Assembly: GCA_963843575.1 (NCBI GenBank)
Contig: CAWJKZ010000025.1
Location: forward strand, 128,001-192,000
Source: an uncultured Acidobacteriota bacterium
Lineage (GTDB): Bacteria; Acidobacteriota; UBA6911
DNA: 64,000 nucleotides
Direction of reading: 5' to 3'
The first letter of the stretch is position 1. Every line of letters begins with the position of its first letter. The translations under genes were made by a program, and so were the position numbers. The notes under the pieces are model-generated. The model did not search any database. It saw only the letters and a list, made by a program, of their open reading frames with translations, and was not told the DNA's origin. Shown here piece after piece: positions 47,366 through 57,752 of this stretch.

Positions 47366-48340
47366 ATGTCGCAGCAAAACAGAGACAGCACCAGCCCAGG
47401 GGTCGGCTCGTCATCGCCTCGCCGCAGATGGCTTAGGGAACCATTGTTCCGGGCCGGCACGGCGGCCATTGCCCTCGCGATCTGCCTTCCCGCACTTATC
47501 CCTCGGGAACAGAAGGTATCTATCCGGCTTCTGCCACGGGCAAACGAGACCATCCGCTTCCGCATGACCCAGGAGATGGATTTCGACATCACCGCTCAGG
47601 ATTCCGACCCGTCAGAGTCGCCGGCCAACCCCACCACCACGAAGGTGCTCGGCAAGACCGTCTTCGCTTTCACGGAAAAAACGGGCACCCTCGATCGGCA
47701 GCACCGTCTGCCGGTCGAGGTCACTTACGACCAGATCAGCATCGAGAGGACCGTCAACGGCGTCACCTCCCCCGGCGAGGGTCTCGGCGGCGACCTCGTC
47801 GGCCGCAAGGTCATGATGACCTATGACCGGAACGGCAAGATCGTCGACGTGAAGGTGCCCGCCGGCCTGGCGCTGAGCGCCGAGACGCTAAAGGAGACCA
47901 TGGCGGGGCTGCTCGTGAACCTGCCCCAGACTCCGCTCGCCGTCGGCGAGCAGGCCCGGATGCCGTTCTCCGCACCGCTTCCGGTCCCAACGCCGGCCGG
48001 GGACGACCTGAAGATGGCGGGCGAAATGCGCTACACGCTGGTTTCGGTGACCAGGGACGGGAACGACCGCATCGCCCGCTACGACCAGACCGTCGAGGCG
48101 AAACTCGTCACCACCGCCGAGCTGGCGCTCCCGAGCGGCCCCGGGAAGGTGCACATTTCCTTCACGCTGGTGGGGGCGGGCGGTCTTCAGCTGAACATCG
48201 ACAAGGGGGTCGTCCGCTCCGGCGAGGTGCAGAGCACGATTGACGGGAGCATGTACATGACGCCCGCGGGGTCTGAATTGAAGCTTCACACCCTGACGCT
48301 GCACGGCACGACCAGGACTTCGGCGGTCGAGGTGCGCTGA
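47366..48340 (+). CDS. Hypothetical beta-rich exported or membrane-anchored protein
   Basis: GGAGG RBS; hydrophobic segment AGTAAIALAICLPALI; alternating beta-strand pattern. Confidence 0.65.
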   Translation: MSQQNRDSTSPGVGSSSPRRRWLREPLFRAGTAAIALAICLPALIPREQKVSIRLLPRANETIRFRMTQEMDFDITAQDSDPSESPANPTTTKVLGKTVFAFTEKTGTLDRQHRLPVEVTYDQISIERTVNGVTSPGEGLGGDLVGRKVMMTYDRNGKIVDVKVPAGLALSAETLKETMAGLLVNLPQTPLAVGEQARMPFSAPLPVPTPAGDDLKMAGEMRYTLVSVTRDGNDRIARYDQTVEAKLVTTAELALPSGPGKVHISFTLVGAGGLQLNIDKGVVRSGEVQSTIDGSMYMTPAGSELKLHTLTLHGTTRTSAVEVR

Positions 48341-48346
48341 AACGTA

Positions 48347-48814
48347 TCAGGTCCGCTTCGGGCCCGCCTTGAGCCGCCCCCTGAGCTTCGCAGTCTCCGC
48401 CTGGTGACACCAGAGGCACAGGGTGCGCAGATTGCCCAGATCGCACTCGCCTCCGCCCTCGGCCACCGGAACGACGTGATCGGCGTCCCAAAAGCTTTCG
48501 CGTCCTGCCGGCATGTCGAGGCGGCTCCGTAGTTCGAAACGCTTGCGCGCGGGAAGCATCCGGAATCGTCGGTAGAACTCCACGGTGTCCAGCGTGCAGA
48601 TGGCGCAGACGCCGCGATCGCGTGCGAATACGTGCTCGCGCAGGTAGCCCGGATCGGTGCGCAGCCTCCAGTCGTGCACGCACTCGTCGCTGCAGAAGGT
48701 GCGGCGGCCCGCTGCGACCTCGGTGCCGCAGCGCCGGCAGACACCGCGTCCGTTGGGCCCGCGCAACCGGGTCCGGCGCACCCATCCTCCTTTGCTCGTC
48801 CGCTGCGTGCTCAA
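48347..48814 (-). CDS. HNH endonuclease with zinc-finger motifs
   Basis: CRRC, FCSDEC, RDRGVCAIC, WDADHVVPV..GG...GNLRTLCLWCH. Start uncertain (TTG 48814). Confidence 0.85.
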   Translation of the reverse strand: MSTQRTSKGGWVRRTRLRGPNGRGVCRRCGTEVAAGRRTFCSDECVHDWRLRTDPGYLREHVFARDRGVCAICTLDTVEFYRRFRMLPARKRFELRSRLDMPAGRESFWDADHVVPVAEGGGECDLGNLRTLCLWCHQAETAKLRGRLKAGPKRT

Positions 48815-48845
48815 TCCCTGTCCGCCACCTCCTGGAGCGCCGTTC

Positions 48846-48878
48846 GAAGTGGGCCGCGTCGAGCCGCCGCGGCCCACT
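48846..48878. repeat. REP-like palindrome
   Basis: GAAGTGGGCCGCGTCGAGCCGCCGCGGCCCACT, same family as 10639 and 13092. Confidence 0.55.
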
Positions 48879-48900
48879 CCTACTTTATAACAGCACCCAC

Positions 48901-48935
48901 AAAAAAGGGGGTGCCCTTACGGGGGCACCCCCTTT
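48901..48935 (-). terminator. Rho-independent terminator of the OmpA-family gene
   Basis: Minus strand AAAGGGGGTGCCC-CCGTAA-GGGCACCCCC followed by TTTTTT, about 20 bp after the stop. Confidence 0.85.
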
Positions 48936-48956
48936 CGCTGGAGCAACTGCCGGTGG

Positions 48957-51099
48957 TTACCGCGGCGAGAGCTCGATCTCGACACGCCGGTTCTGCTTGC
49001 GACCGGCCACCGTCTTGTTGTCGCCGATGGGATTATCGGTCCCGCCGTCCGTAACGGTGAGCCTGGATTCCTCGACACCCTTGCCCTTCAGGTAGTTCGC
49101 CACGTTCTGGGCGCGCTTGATGCCCAGTCCGCGATCCCTGCGGGTGGAGTCGGTGTACCCGATGATGTTGGCGCGCAGCCGCGGATCGTTCTGCATCCGC
49201 ACCGCGATGTCGTCGAGGGCGGCCTTGGCCACGTTGTCGACACGGGCGCTGCCCGGGGCGAAGCCTCCGGCGGTGCCGCGTTTCCCTTCGCTGGTAAGGC
49301 CGACCCGTTCGGAGACGTTCACGGTCATGCTGCACGAGGCACGGCCGCCGCGGCCGTCTTCGACCGTCGCGGTCACCGTGAACGTGCCGGCGCGGAGTCC
49401 GGTCGCGTCAAACGTGGCGGACTCGCCCGAACCCGTCACGGTACCACCCGTCGCGGACCAGGTGACGGTGGTCTTGTCGCTGTCCGGGTCGGAGGCGCGC
49501 ACCTGCAGCTGGACCGTCCCATTGGAGCGGACATCCATGCTGGTGGTCAGGCACTCGATTGTCGGCGGCCGGTTCGGTTTCTCCTGAACCGTCACCGTGC
49601 TCGAGCAGGTGGCTGTGAGTTCGCCATCGGATACCGTCACCGTCACCGTGTAGTTCCCCGGCTCGCGTCCTTCGGAACCAAACATGAGTTCCGGACCTGC
49701 GGAGGCCACGCGTTGGCCGTTGATCGTCCAGGTATAGGTGAGGGGATCGTTGTTCGGATCGGAGGCGGTAGCCCGGATGGTGGACGAATCACCGATGACC
49801 ACGGTGCTCGATTCGGGCGCACAGGTCACGGTCGGGGCCAGGTTCTTCTTAATTACCGTGATCTCGGAGCTGCAGCTCGCCTGGTGTTTGCCATCGGAGA
49901 CCGTCACGGTGACGGTGTATTTCCCGGGAGCGACGCCGGTCGCGTCGAAGGTCGCGGTGGAGTCCGTCCCCGAGATCTTGCCCCCGGTTGTCGACCAGGA
50001 GTACGTCAGCTTGTCGCCGTCCGGATCTACGGCATTGGCGCGCACCGCCGTGGTTTCATCCTGCTTGATCGTCGCGTTGGCGACGGCGCAGGTCACGGTA
50101 GGCGGGTCGTTCCGGCGCTTCCCGAACGCCAGTTGGGCCACCAGGCCATTGGTCTCGGCACCGTGGACGTCCAGGGTGGTGTTGTCGGGTGATGTGGCGC
50201 AGGCTGCCCCGATACCCGGCTCCCAGGGAAATCCAGTCCCTCGGATAGACACGCAGCCCGACGATCAGGTCGAGCGGGCTGCTCGGATTCAGGCCGAAGG
50301 TGCGGGACCCGAAAAAGGTCTTGCCGTCCACCTCGGCGATCACCTGGAACTTGCCGAAGTTGGGGAAGGCGGCGCCGCCGCGATACCAGAATTCGTGCTG
50401 CAGGTCGGCCAGCACGACTCCATCCATCTCCGGGTTGCCCACGAGGTTGATCATCGTGTTCAGGTGCAGACGTGCGTACCGCCCGGCGGATTTGGAGAAG
50501 AGGGCGCCCCAGCCGCCGTCGATCTCCCCGGTCCCCAGCCCGCGGTTGAGCTTGGTCTCGGAGTTGGCGGTCGGGAGCTTCACGAAGCCGACCAAGGCGA
50601 CGCTCAGCGGATCGTGCCGGTACTCGGAGAAGAGGTTGAACTTGCCGCCCAGCCGGACATCGCCGAGGCCGGTGGCCCGTTCGACCTCCATGAAAGGAGC
50701 GTCGTTGTAGAAATAGGCCGCGCGGGCGGGGGCCCACGACGGGACCGGCAGACGTCCCGGGAGCACCCGGTAGAACATCATGTTGTGCGCGGACACACGT
50801 TTCATCGGCTCGATCGAGCCGAAAACCTCGAGCCGGTCGGTGATGCCGAAGGCGGCCCCGACGGGGATGATGCTGAAGCGCAGGTCGCCCGGGTCCCTGA
50901 AGAACAGGGTGTACCCGAGGCTGAGGTTGGCCTCGTGTTTTCGCAGCGCCTCCGCGTCCCAGGTACGGAACAGGCCCGTCGTGCCGTCGAGGCTAGCAAC
51001 CTTGGGCGGCTTTTTCTCGTCCTGCTGAGCAACTGCCGAACCCGCCAGAAGTAGGATAATCAGAATTGCCGCTGAACATCTGCCCAGTTTAGTCACCAT
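48957..51099 (-). CDS. OmpA-family outer-membrane protein with N-terminal barrel-like domain and three Ig/PKD-like repeats; frameshifted near 50190
   Basis: Signal peptide; beta-rich N-terminal domain; three N.PPT..C...ASDPD.D...YSW...CS repeats; OmpA C-domain IIGYTD, RAQNV, NRRVEI. Confidence 0.88.
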
Positions 51100-51245
51100 G
51101 ACTCGGCACCTCCTAAAGTGCTCAAGTAAAACTCAAGCCAGGGGAAGAGCAAGAGCTTTTCCCCTGCATGTATCTGCAGGGCGGCGCTTCGCGCCGCCGA
51201 CGAAACACGTCTCGCGCGGGCCCGGCCGCGTGCCGTCCCGTTTCC

Positions 51246-52250
51246 CTACGGAGTGACGCGGGTCGGGGTGCCGGTCTCGAGTTTGGGATTGTCGCGATCG
51301 CGCAACACGAGCGCGACTGCCACGGTCAGGGCGCCAACGGCTCCCAGTACCGCCAGGGCCATCCACTTCTTTCCACCGGTGGTGCGATTGACATCGGCCT
51401 GCGTCGCCGCGGTCGCCGCTGTTCCCGCCACCGCCGCGCCGAGCTCGACCGTCGAGGCACCCAACGCGGTCGCCGTGGTCTCGGCGAGGCCGCGCTCATC
51501 GGTGAAGACCGGGGAGTTCGGGGAACCGCCGAAATTGACTCTGCCGCCGGCAGCCTTGGCCGTAAAGACCACGGGGACCCCGGCCAGCGGTTGGCCGAGC
51601 GCGTCCGTGACGCGCGCCGCGACCGCGGCAGGGCGCCCGTTGAGCAGGGTCAGCCGCTCCGGGGTCGTGGAGATCTCGAGCGCGGCACCCGTCATGGCCG
51701 CGTCCTCGCGGCTGCCCGGATCGCCCGAAACTGCGAGCGTCCCGGAGCGCCAGGAGAAGCGCGCCTGGTACTCCGACGACTTGCCCAGGACATACGTGCC
51801 GTCGAACGTCTGAACCTTCACGACGGCCCCGGACGGGCCCTCGACCCGCACGGAACCCCGCAGCAGGCTGACGACGGTCGCATCGTCCCCAGCGCGCACG
51901 TCCACGTTGCTGTCTTCCAGGACGGAGATCCTGCCGGCCTGCTGCAGGTCAAGGCTCACCGAACCTGACCCGGTCCGGCAGGCCCATGCCCCCGGCTGCC
52001 CCGGCAGGCTCTTCCAGGCCACCTGTCCGACGCTGCCGGAAACGGCCGCCGGCACCTGCGAGAGACTCGCCGGTGAGCCCGGTCGCGGCTGCGCCGCGGC
52101 CAGCAACCCCGCAATCGGCGAGGAATAGACCTGCGGGTCGCCGGGGGCGGTCCCGATCTCCCGCGCGAATCCGGCTACCGCGCACAGATTCCACACGGTG
52201 ACACACAGGATAATTGCCACAGCCTTCCGCGTCATTTGCACGTCTTTCAT
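51246..52250 (-). CDS. Secreted protein with Ig-like (Big_1-type) domain and C-terminal hydrophobic tail
   Basis: Signal peptide; ARVTDALGQPLAGVPVVF, TDERGLA; tail KKWMALAVLGAVGALTVAVALVLR. Confidence 0.7.
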   Translation of the reverse strand: MKDVQMTRKAVAIILCVTVWNLCAVAGFAREIGTAPGDPQVYSSPIAGLLAAAQPRPGSPASLSQVPAAVSGSVGQVAWKSLPGQPGAWACRTGSGSVSLDLQQAGRISVLEDSNVDVRAGDDATVVSLLRGSVRVEGPSGAVVKVQTFDGTYVLGKSSEYQARFSWRSGTLAVSGDPGSREDAAMTGAALEISTTPERLTLLNGRPAAVAARVTDALGQPLAGVPVVFTAKAAGGRVNFGGSPNSPVFTDERGLAETTATALGASTVELGAAVAGTAATAATQADVNRTTGGKKWMALAVLGAVGALTVAVALVLRDRDNPKLETGTPTRVTP

Positions 52251-52294
52251 ACCATGGTCTCCCTGCTCGTCGTTTCTGGAGCGCAAACCACCGT

Positions 52295-55200
52295 TCAGCG
52301 CAACACCACCGGTTGACGTACGTCCGGCATAACGATCGGAGCGACAACGCTGTTGCTCGTGTTTCCGGCCCCATCCTTCAGGTGCACCGTCACGAAAGAC
52401 GCCGCCGTGAAGTGGTTGGCGTTCTCGAAAGGAACTCGGAACACGAATTGGGGCTGGTTGGCCAGAATGCCGCGCACGTCGATGTCCGTAAAGCTGCCCA
52501 GCAGCTGGCCCGCACCGTCCCTGATGACGAACGATGCGGCCGTGACGTCCCCGTTGGGATCCGCGCCGGACACCGTCACCATGATGCGGCTGCGCGTCTC
52601 AAAGATCGCGCTCACCGCCGGGTAGAAGGTCGACCCGATAGTCTGGTCGAGAATGACCGGCGACGGGTTGATCTCGATCTGGAAGGGCTCGGAGCTCACG
52701 CCGCGCGTGGTCACCACGATGTCGAGCGTCGTTCCGGTCAGGCCCGGGAAGGCCGTGACCAGAAGCGTTCCGGGCGTCGGCCCCGGCTGGACCGGGACGC
52801 TCCTGCCGTTGAGCGTGACGGTGTTTTCCGCCATGTTCGTCGAGAAGCCGGTTCCGGTGATCGTGATCACCTCGCCGATCCTCACGCTCGCCGGCGTCAC
52901 CGACGTGATCGCCGGCAGTACCGTGAAATTGACCGCGCTGCTGGTGCGGCCGTTGACCGTCACCTTCACGGTGTATGTCCCCGCTACCAGCGAAACCGGT
53001 ACGACAGTCTCCATCGACGTGAAAGTCGACGCCGTGACAGCCGCGGTCGTTGCTGCGCCGGTCGCCGTGTCGGTGAACGTAACCGTGTTGTCGCCGGGCG
53101 TCGGCGAGAAGCCGCTGCCCGAGACCACGACGGTCGCGTTGCCCGGGGCGCTCGCAGGATTGATCCCCGAGATCGAGGGCAAGAGGTCGAACGTCCCCAC
53201 CGGCGTGGTGATGCCGTTCGTACTGACCTCCACCGGGTAGGCGTTGGCGACGAGATCGGTCGGCACGGTCCCGCGAATCAGGGTGTTGGTCGCCTCCGTG
53301 ATCGTCGCGGCGACGCTTCCGAACCGCACGGTGTTTCCGGCCACTCCCGGGGCGAACCCGCTCCCCACGATCGTGAACTCGGTCCCACCGGTCCCGGAGG
53401 TCGGCGAGAAGGAAGTGATCGTGTGCAGAACCGTGAATGGGAACGTGTTGCTGGCCCGGCTCGCCACCGTCACGGTGACGTCGACCTGCCCGGCGACCGA
53501 ACCCGCCGGGACCACGGCGACCAGGGACGTCGGCGTTATGCTCAGGACCTGCGCCAGCAGGCTGCCGAACCTTACCTGCGCCTGCCCCGGGCTCGACGGG
53601 AAGCCGGTCCCGGTAACGGTGACCTGGGTCCCAATCGGTCCGGATGACGGGGTGAGCCCGGTTATGGTCGGGCCGGTGGTCGACGGCCCGTTGATCGTCA
53701 CGGGTATGCGGCCCAGGATAGTCCCTCCGGAGACAAACTGGATCTCGAAGGAACCGGCCTGACCGTTGCCGGTGATCGTAACATCGAATTCGGCGCTCTC
53801 CCCGGGCCCGACGATCTGCTGCTCAGGCTCGAACGAGAAGCCGAAGCCGGCGTCGTTGCCCACGTCCTTCAGAGTAACCGCCCTCGGCTGCGTCACGACG
53901 GGACGAACAGCACCGACGATCTGGTCCGCAACCTCCGCGGCATTCGCCCCGATGAGCTCGAACGTGAGCGGGCTGCGGTTTTCGTCCAGCGCGCCCGTGA
54001 GGCGGGCGATGGACTGCAGAAGCGGCTTCGGGTCGACAAAGCCTGAAATCGGACCCGGTTGACTGACCTGGAAGAACGAGACTACCTGGATGTCCTGGGC
54101 CGCAAGGGCCTGGAACACCGCGGGAACCGTCGCCGCTCCGGCGGGAGCGACCGCGTTCATCGGGTCCGCCTCGGTCTCCGAGGCGCTCACCGAGCCGAAC
54201 CTCGAGTTCGGGAACGTCCCCGTCATCGGGAAGGCCGAAGGGACCTCCTGGAAGACGTTCGTCGAAACCTGCACGTCGTTGGCGCCGACAATGAACTCAG
54301 GGAAACTGCGCGACAGGTCGACCGGGGCGACCGACGCCGTGTTGGTCGCCAGGAGCACTATCTTCTGGGCGCCGGAGCGGAATCCGACTCCCCCGATCGT
54401 GCCGGCGCTCGGCACGGAGTCCGGCCTGGTCGAAAACGGGGGCACGTCGCCGCTGGTGCCGGGATTCAGGTAGCCGGCGGTGTTGTCGCTTCCCGGGACA
54501 CCGGCCAGTCCGCTCTCGGTCGCTTCGCCGCTGGCGTTGGCGTCGAATCCGGCACCCTGGGCAATCTGGCTGAGCGCCTCGAGATAGGAACCGAAAACGC
54601 TTGGCTCATCACCGCCCGGCAGCGCCGTTTCGAGCGCGTCGACAACCGCCTGAACACCCTCGGGCGAATCGACGACGGTCGTGGGCAGCAGCAGGACGAA
54701 CGGCCGCGCCAGTTCCGCGCTGGCGCTCGGAGGCTCGATTCTCCGGAAAATGTGACCGGGGCCGCCATAGTCCTGAAACTTGGTGACCGAGAACGCGAAG
54801 CTGACGCTCGGGAAAGCCTCTTTGAGTCGCGTCACGATCTCGGGAAACGCCTGCGCCAGGCGCGCGTTGGCACCCGCGAAGGTTGGCCGCGCATCGAGAG
54901 TGAGCGCAATGTCTACCGCGTCGGGGACCGCGTCCGAGGGCAGGCTCAGGGCGACACGCTGTGTCGCGGATTCGCCGTCCCCCAACTCCAGCTCGATCTC
55001 TGCAGGGGTTACGGTATTCTGTCGCTTGGCAGTGTCAAGGACGTTTACGCTGAAGATGACATTCCCATAAGAGTCCGCACTGGCCCGGACGTTCGCGGAG
55101 CCCGCCTTCAGGGCTACGACCGGTATCGACGTACCCAGAGAACCGGCAGGAATCAGGATGCTGCCGGGAACTTCCGCAATGTCGGGACTGAGACTCTCCA

Positions 55201-55414
55201 GTTTCACCGTCAGATCCGAGCCTGCCGTCGCTTCCGGACGCGAAAGCCGCACCGTGACTTCGTGGCCGGGAAGAGCGTTGACGGCCAGCGGTGTCGCATC
55301 CAGGTAGTAGACGTCTCCTGATGAATAGAGCCATATAGATGTGAGAAAAACGGCGATACTCACCATGGCGATCTTCCGCCGCAAACTCCTGCGCATAGCC
55401 CGAGAGCTTTTCAT
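52295..55414 (-). CDS. Large surface protein: vWA / integrin-beta-like module plus four IPT/TIG repeats
   Basis: Signal or anchor helix; VDIALTLD...GGDEP...EALSQIA...GVGFR...IVLLATN; four P.IT...P.S...G..VT.TG.GF repeats. Confidence 0.8.
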   Translation of the reverse strand: MKSSRAMRRSLRRKIAMVSIAVFLTSIWLYSSGDVYYLDATPLAVNALPGHEVTVRLSRPEATAGSDLTVKLESLSPDIAEVPGSILIPAGSLGTSIPVVALKAGSANVRASADSYGNVIFSVNVLDTAKRQNTVTPAEIELELGDGESATQRVALSLPSDAVPDAVDIALTLDARPTFAGANARLAQAFPEIVTRLKEAFPSVSFAFSVTKFQDYGGPGHIFRRIEPPSASAELARPFVLLLPTTVVDSPEGVQAVVDALETALPGGDEPSVFGSYLEALSQIAQGAGFDANASGEATESGLAGVPGSDNTAGYLNPGTSGDVPPFSTRPDSVPSAGTIGGVGFRSGAQKIVLLATNTASVAPVDLSRSFPEFIVGANDVQVSTNVFQEVPSAFPMTGTFPNSRFGSVSASETEADPMNAVAPAGAATVPAVFQALAAQDIQVVSFFQVSQPGPISGFVDPKPLLQSIARLTGALDENRSPLTFELIGANAAEVADQIVGAVRPVVTQPRAVTLKDVGNDAGFGFSFEPEQQIVGPGESAEFDVTITGNGQAGSFEIQFVSGGTILGRIPVTINGPSTTGPTITGLTPSSGPIGTQVTVTGTGFPSSPGQAQVRFGSLLAQVLSITPTSLVAVVPAGSVAGQVDVTVTVASRASNTFPFTVLHTITSFSPTSGTGGTEFTIVGSGFAPGVAGNTVRFGSVAATITEATNTLIRGTVPTDLVANAYPVEVSTNGITTPVGTFDLLPSISGINPASAPGNATVVVSGSGFSPTPGDNTVTFTDTATGAATTAAVTASTFTSMETVVPVSLVAGTYTVKVTVNGRTSSAVNFTVLPAITSVTPASVRIGEVITITGTGFSTNMAENTVTLNGRSVPVQPGPTPGTLLVTAFPGLTGTTLDIVVTTRGVSSEPFQIEINPSPVILDQTIGSTFYPAVSAIFETRSRIMVTVSGADPNGDVTAASFVIRDGAGQLLGSFTDIDVRGILANQPQFVFRVPFENANHFTAASFVTVHLKDGAGNTSNSVVAPIVMPDVRQPVVLR

Positions 55415-56082
55415 ACATTCACCCCGTCAGATTCCTGGGAATTTCTCAGTAATCCTTGACCTATATCGGAAAGGTTGAACCGCAATCTGAATGGCGAAGG
55501 ACTGGCCTGGAAGAGACCGCCTCGGCGTCTCCCCCCGGAACTCAACAAATTAGCTCGGTGTCCTAGCTGGAATTGGATCGCAGCGTTGAGGTACTGCTCG
55601 GAGGGGCAGTCTCAGGGAGCCGACCTTCAAAACCCTACCACGCTTCGCCATTGCACAACAACCTATGAGATAAGCGCCGAAAAGTTTCAAAAACCCAATT
55701 GCGCATGAGACCTTAAACCTGTCTGGCAAGAAATAGCTTATCACATCGCGACACTCTGTCTACCCCTTCTGTACGACCGCGGTCGAGGCAAGCCTGCCCA
55801 GGCCGAGAGCGACACTCGCATCCCGGCAGGCAATATCTTATATGCTTTCAGTGGCTTTCCGCAAGTATAGTCAGCGCCGCTCCGGCGGGTGCCGACCACT
55901 CCTAAATCTCTTTGCGGATCCAGGTCAAAGGCCTACAATGGACCCACTTGACGAAATCGGTGCGAGGCCCCAGCCGGGCTCGCGATTCTTGGACCCGAGC
56001 GCCACGGGCCTTATCCGACGGCTCGCTCAGGACCTCAAAGGATCACGAAACGGCTGACGGCGTAACGTTGGGGAGAACAATC

Positions 56083-57320
56083 ATGAGTCTCCTGATGCAG
56101 CGCACCCTAGGGATTCTGCTCGCCGGCGGCGCCGGCGAACGGCTTTACCCGCTCACACGTCACCGGGCAAAACCCGCCGTGCCGTTCGGCGGCAACTACC
56201 GGATCATCGACGTCACGCTCAGCAACTGCATCAACTCCGGGCTCCGCCGGGTCTACATCCTGACCCAGTACAAGTCGCTGTCGCTCAACCGCCACATCCG
56301 CAACGGCTGGTACAACCTGGTCGCCAAGGAACTCGGCGAGTTCACCGAGGTCATCCCCCCCCAGAAGCGTGTCGGCGAGAACTGGTATCTCGGGACCGCC
56401 GACGCCGTCTGGCAGAACCTGTACTCGATCAACGCGGTGGACCAGATCAATTTCGTCATGATCCTGTCCGGCGACCACATCTACAAGATGAACTACTCGC
56501 GGATGGTGCTCGAGCACGTGGAGACGCAGGCCGACGTCACGATCGGCGCGATCGAAGTCCCCATCCACGAGGCGCACCGTTTCGGTGTGCTCCGCGTCGA
56601 CGAGTCGGGACGCGTCCTGGCATTCTGCCGAAAAGCCCCAGGACCCCGAGCCGTCGCCCTGGAACCCGGCGAATGCCTATGTCTCGATGGGGATTTACGT
56701 CTTCGATCGCAAACTGTTGTCGGAGGTGGTCGAGAAGGATGCGCAAAATCCCGGCTCTTCGCACGATTTCGGGGCGGATATCCTCCCCGTCGCTGATCGA
56801 GCGCTGCGGCGTGTACGCCCACCGCTTCGTCGACGAGAACAAGAAGGAAGCGCAATACTGGCTGGACGTCGGGACCATCAAGGCCTACTACGAAGCCAAC
56901 ATGGACCTGGTCGCCGTCTCGCCCCAGTTCAACCTGTACGACAAGGAGTGGCCCATCCGAACCTACCAGCGGCAGTACCCGCCGGCCAAGTTCGTCTTCG
57001 GCCGCCAGGGCTCGCGCATGGGCGTCGCCATCGATTCGATCGTCTCGGCCGGGTCTATCATCAGCGGCGGCAAGGTGATCAGTTCCGTGCTGGGCCCGGA
57101 CGTGCGCATCCACAGCTATTGCGAGGTGGACCAGAGCATCCTCTTCGCCCACGTCGACATCGGGCGCTATTGCCGGATCCGCAACGCCATTATCGACCGC
57201 GGCATCGTCATTCCCGAAAACACGACGATCGGGTACGACTCCGACCAGGACATGGCCAGATACCACATCAGCGACGGGGGCATCGTCGTGGTCGCGGAGG
57301 ATACCGGAATCGAGCGGTAA
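56083..57320 (+). CDS. glgC: Glucose-1-phosphate adenylyltransferase; two frameshifts (about 56626 and 56785)
   Basis: [57 protein letters not shown], spread over three frames. Confidence 0.93.
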
Positions 57321-57345
57321 GCCGCTCGGAAGGCAAACGATTGTT

Positions 57346-57558
57346 ATGAAGTTGAATCCGAACTGGGACAGGGCCGCCGGCATCCTGGCAGCCGGCGTCG
57401 GGTTGGGGCTGGCGCTATACGTCTTCTTCGACGTCCGGCGCGTGACCGTCTACCTGGCGCTGGCGCTCGTAACGGCCTGGTTCGCACACAAACGCGTCAA
57501 CAGGCACGAAACGCCCTTCGAGCGCAAGGAGCGGGAACTCCGCAGGAACCGCATGTAG
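57346..57558 (+). CDS. Small two-TM membrane protein
   Basis: 70 aa, two hydrophobic helices and a basic tail; directly follows glgC. Confidence 0.6.
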   Translation: MKLNPNWDRAAGILAAGVGLGLALYVFFDVRRVTVYLALALVTAWFAHKRVNRHETPFERKERELRRNRM

Positions 57559-57752
57559 CTGGCTTCCCCGACGGAGGACTCGTCGAACAAATCCACGTCC
57601 TGCAACAAGCTTCGTCCACACCGGAGGATGATCAGCCGGGGATGGACGCGACTCACCTTTTGCATCGGGACGCCCGACGGAGTGGCAGCGGATTGACTTC
57701 ATGCAACGCGGGCCGGCTACCGCCGGCCCGCTGACATCAGTTCCAGGTCGGC

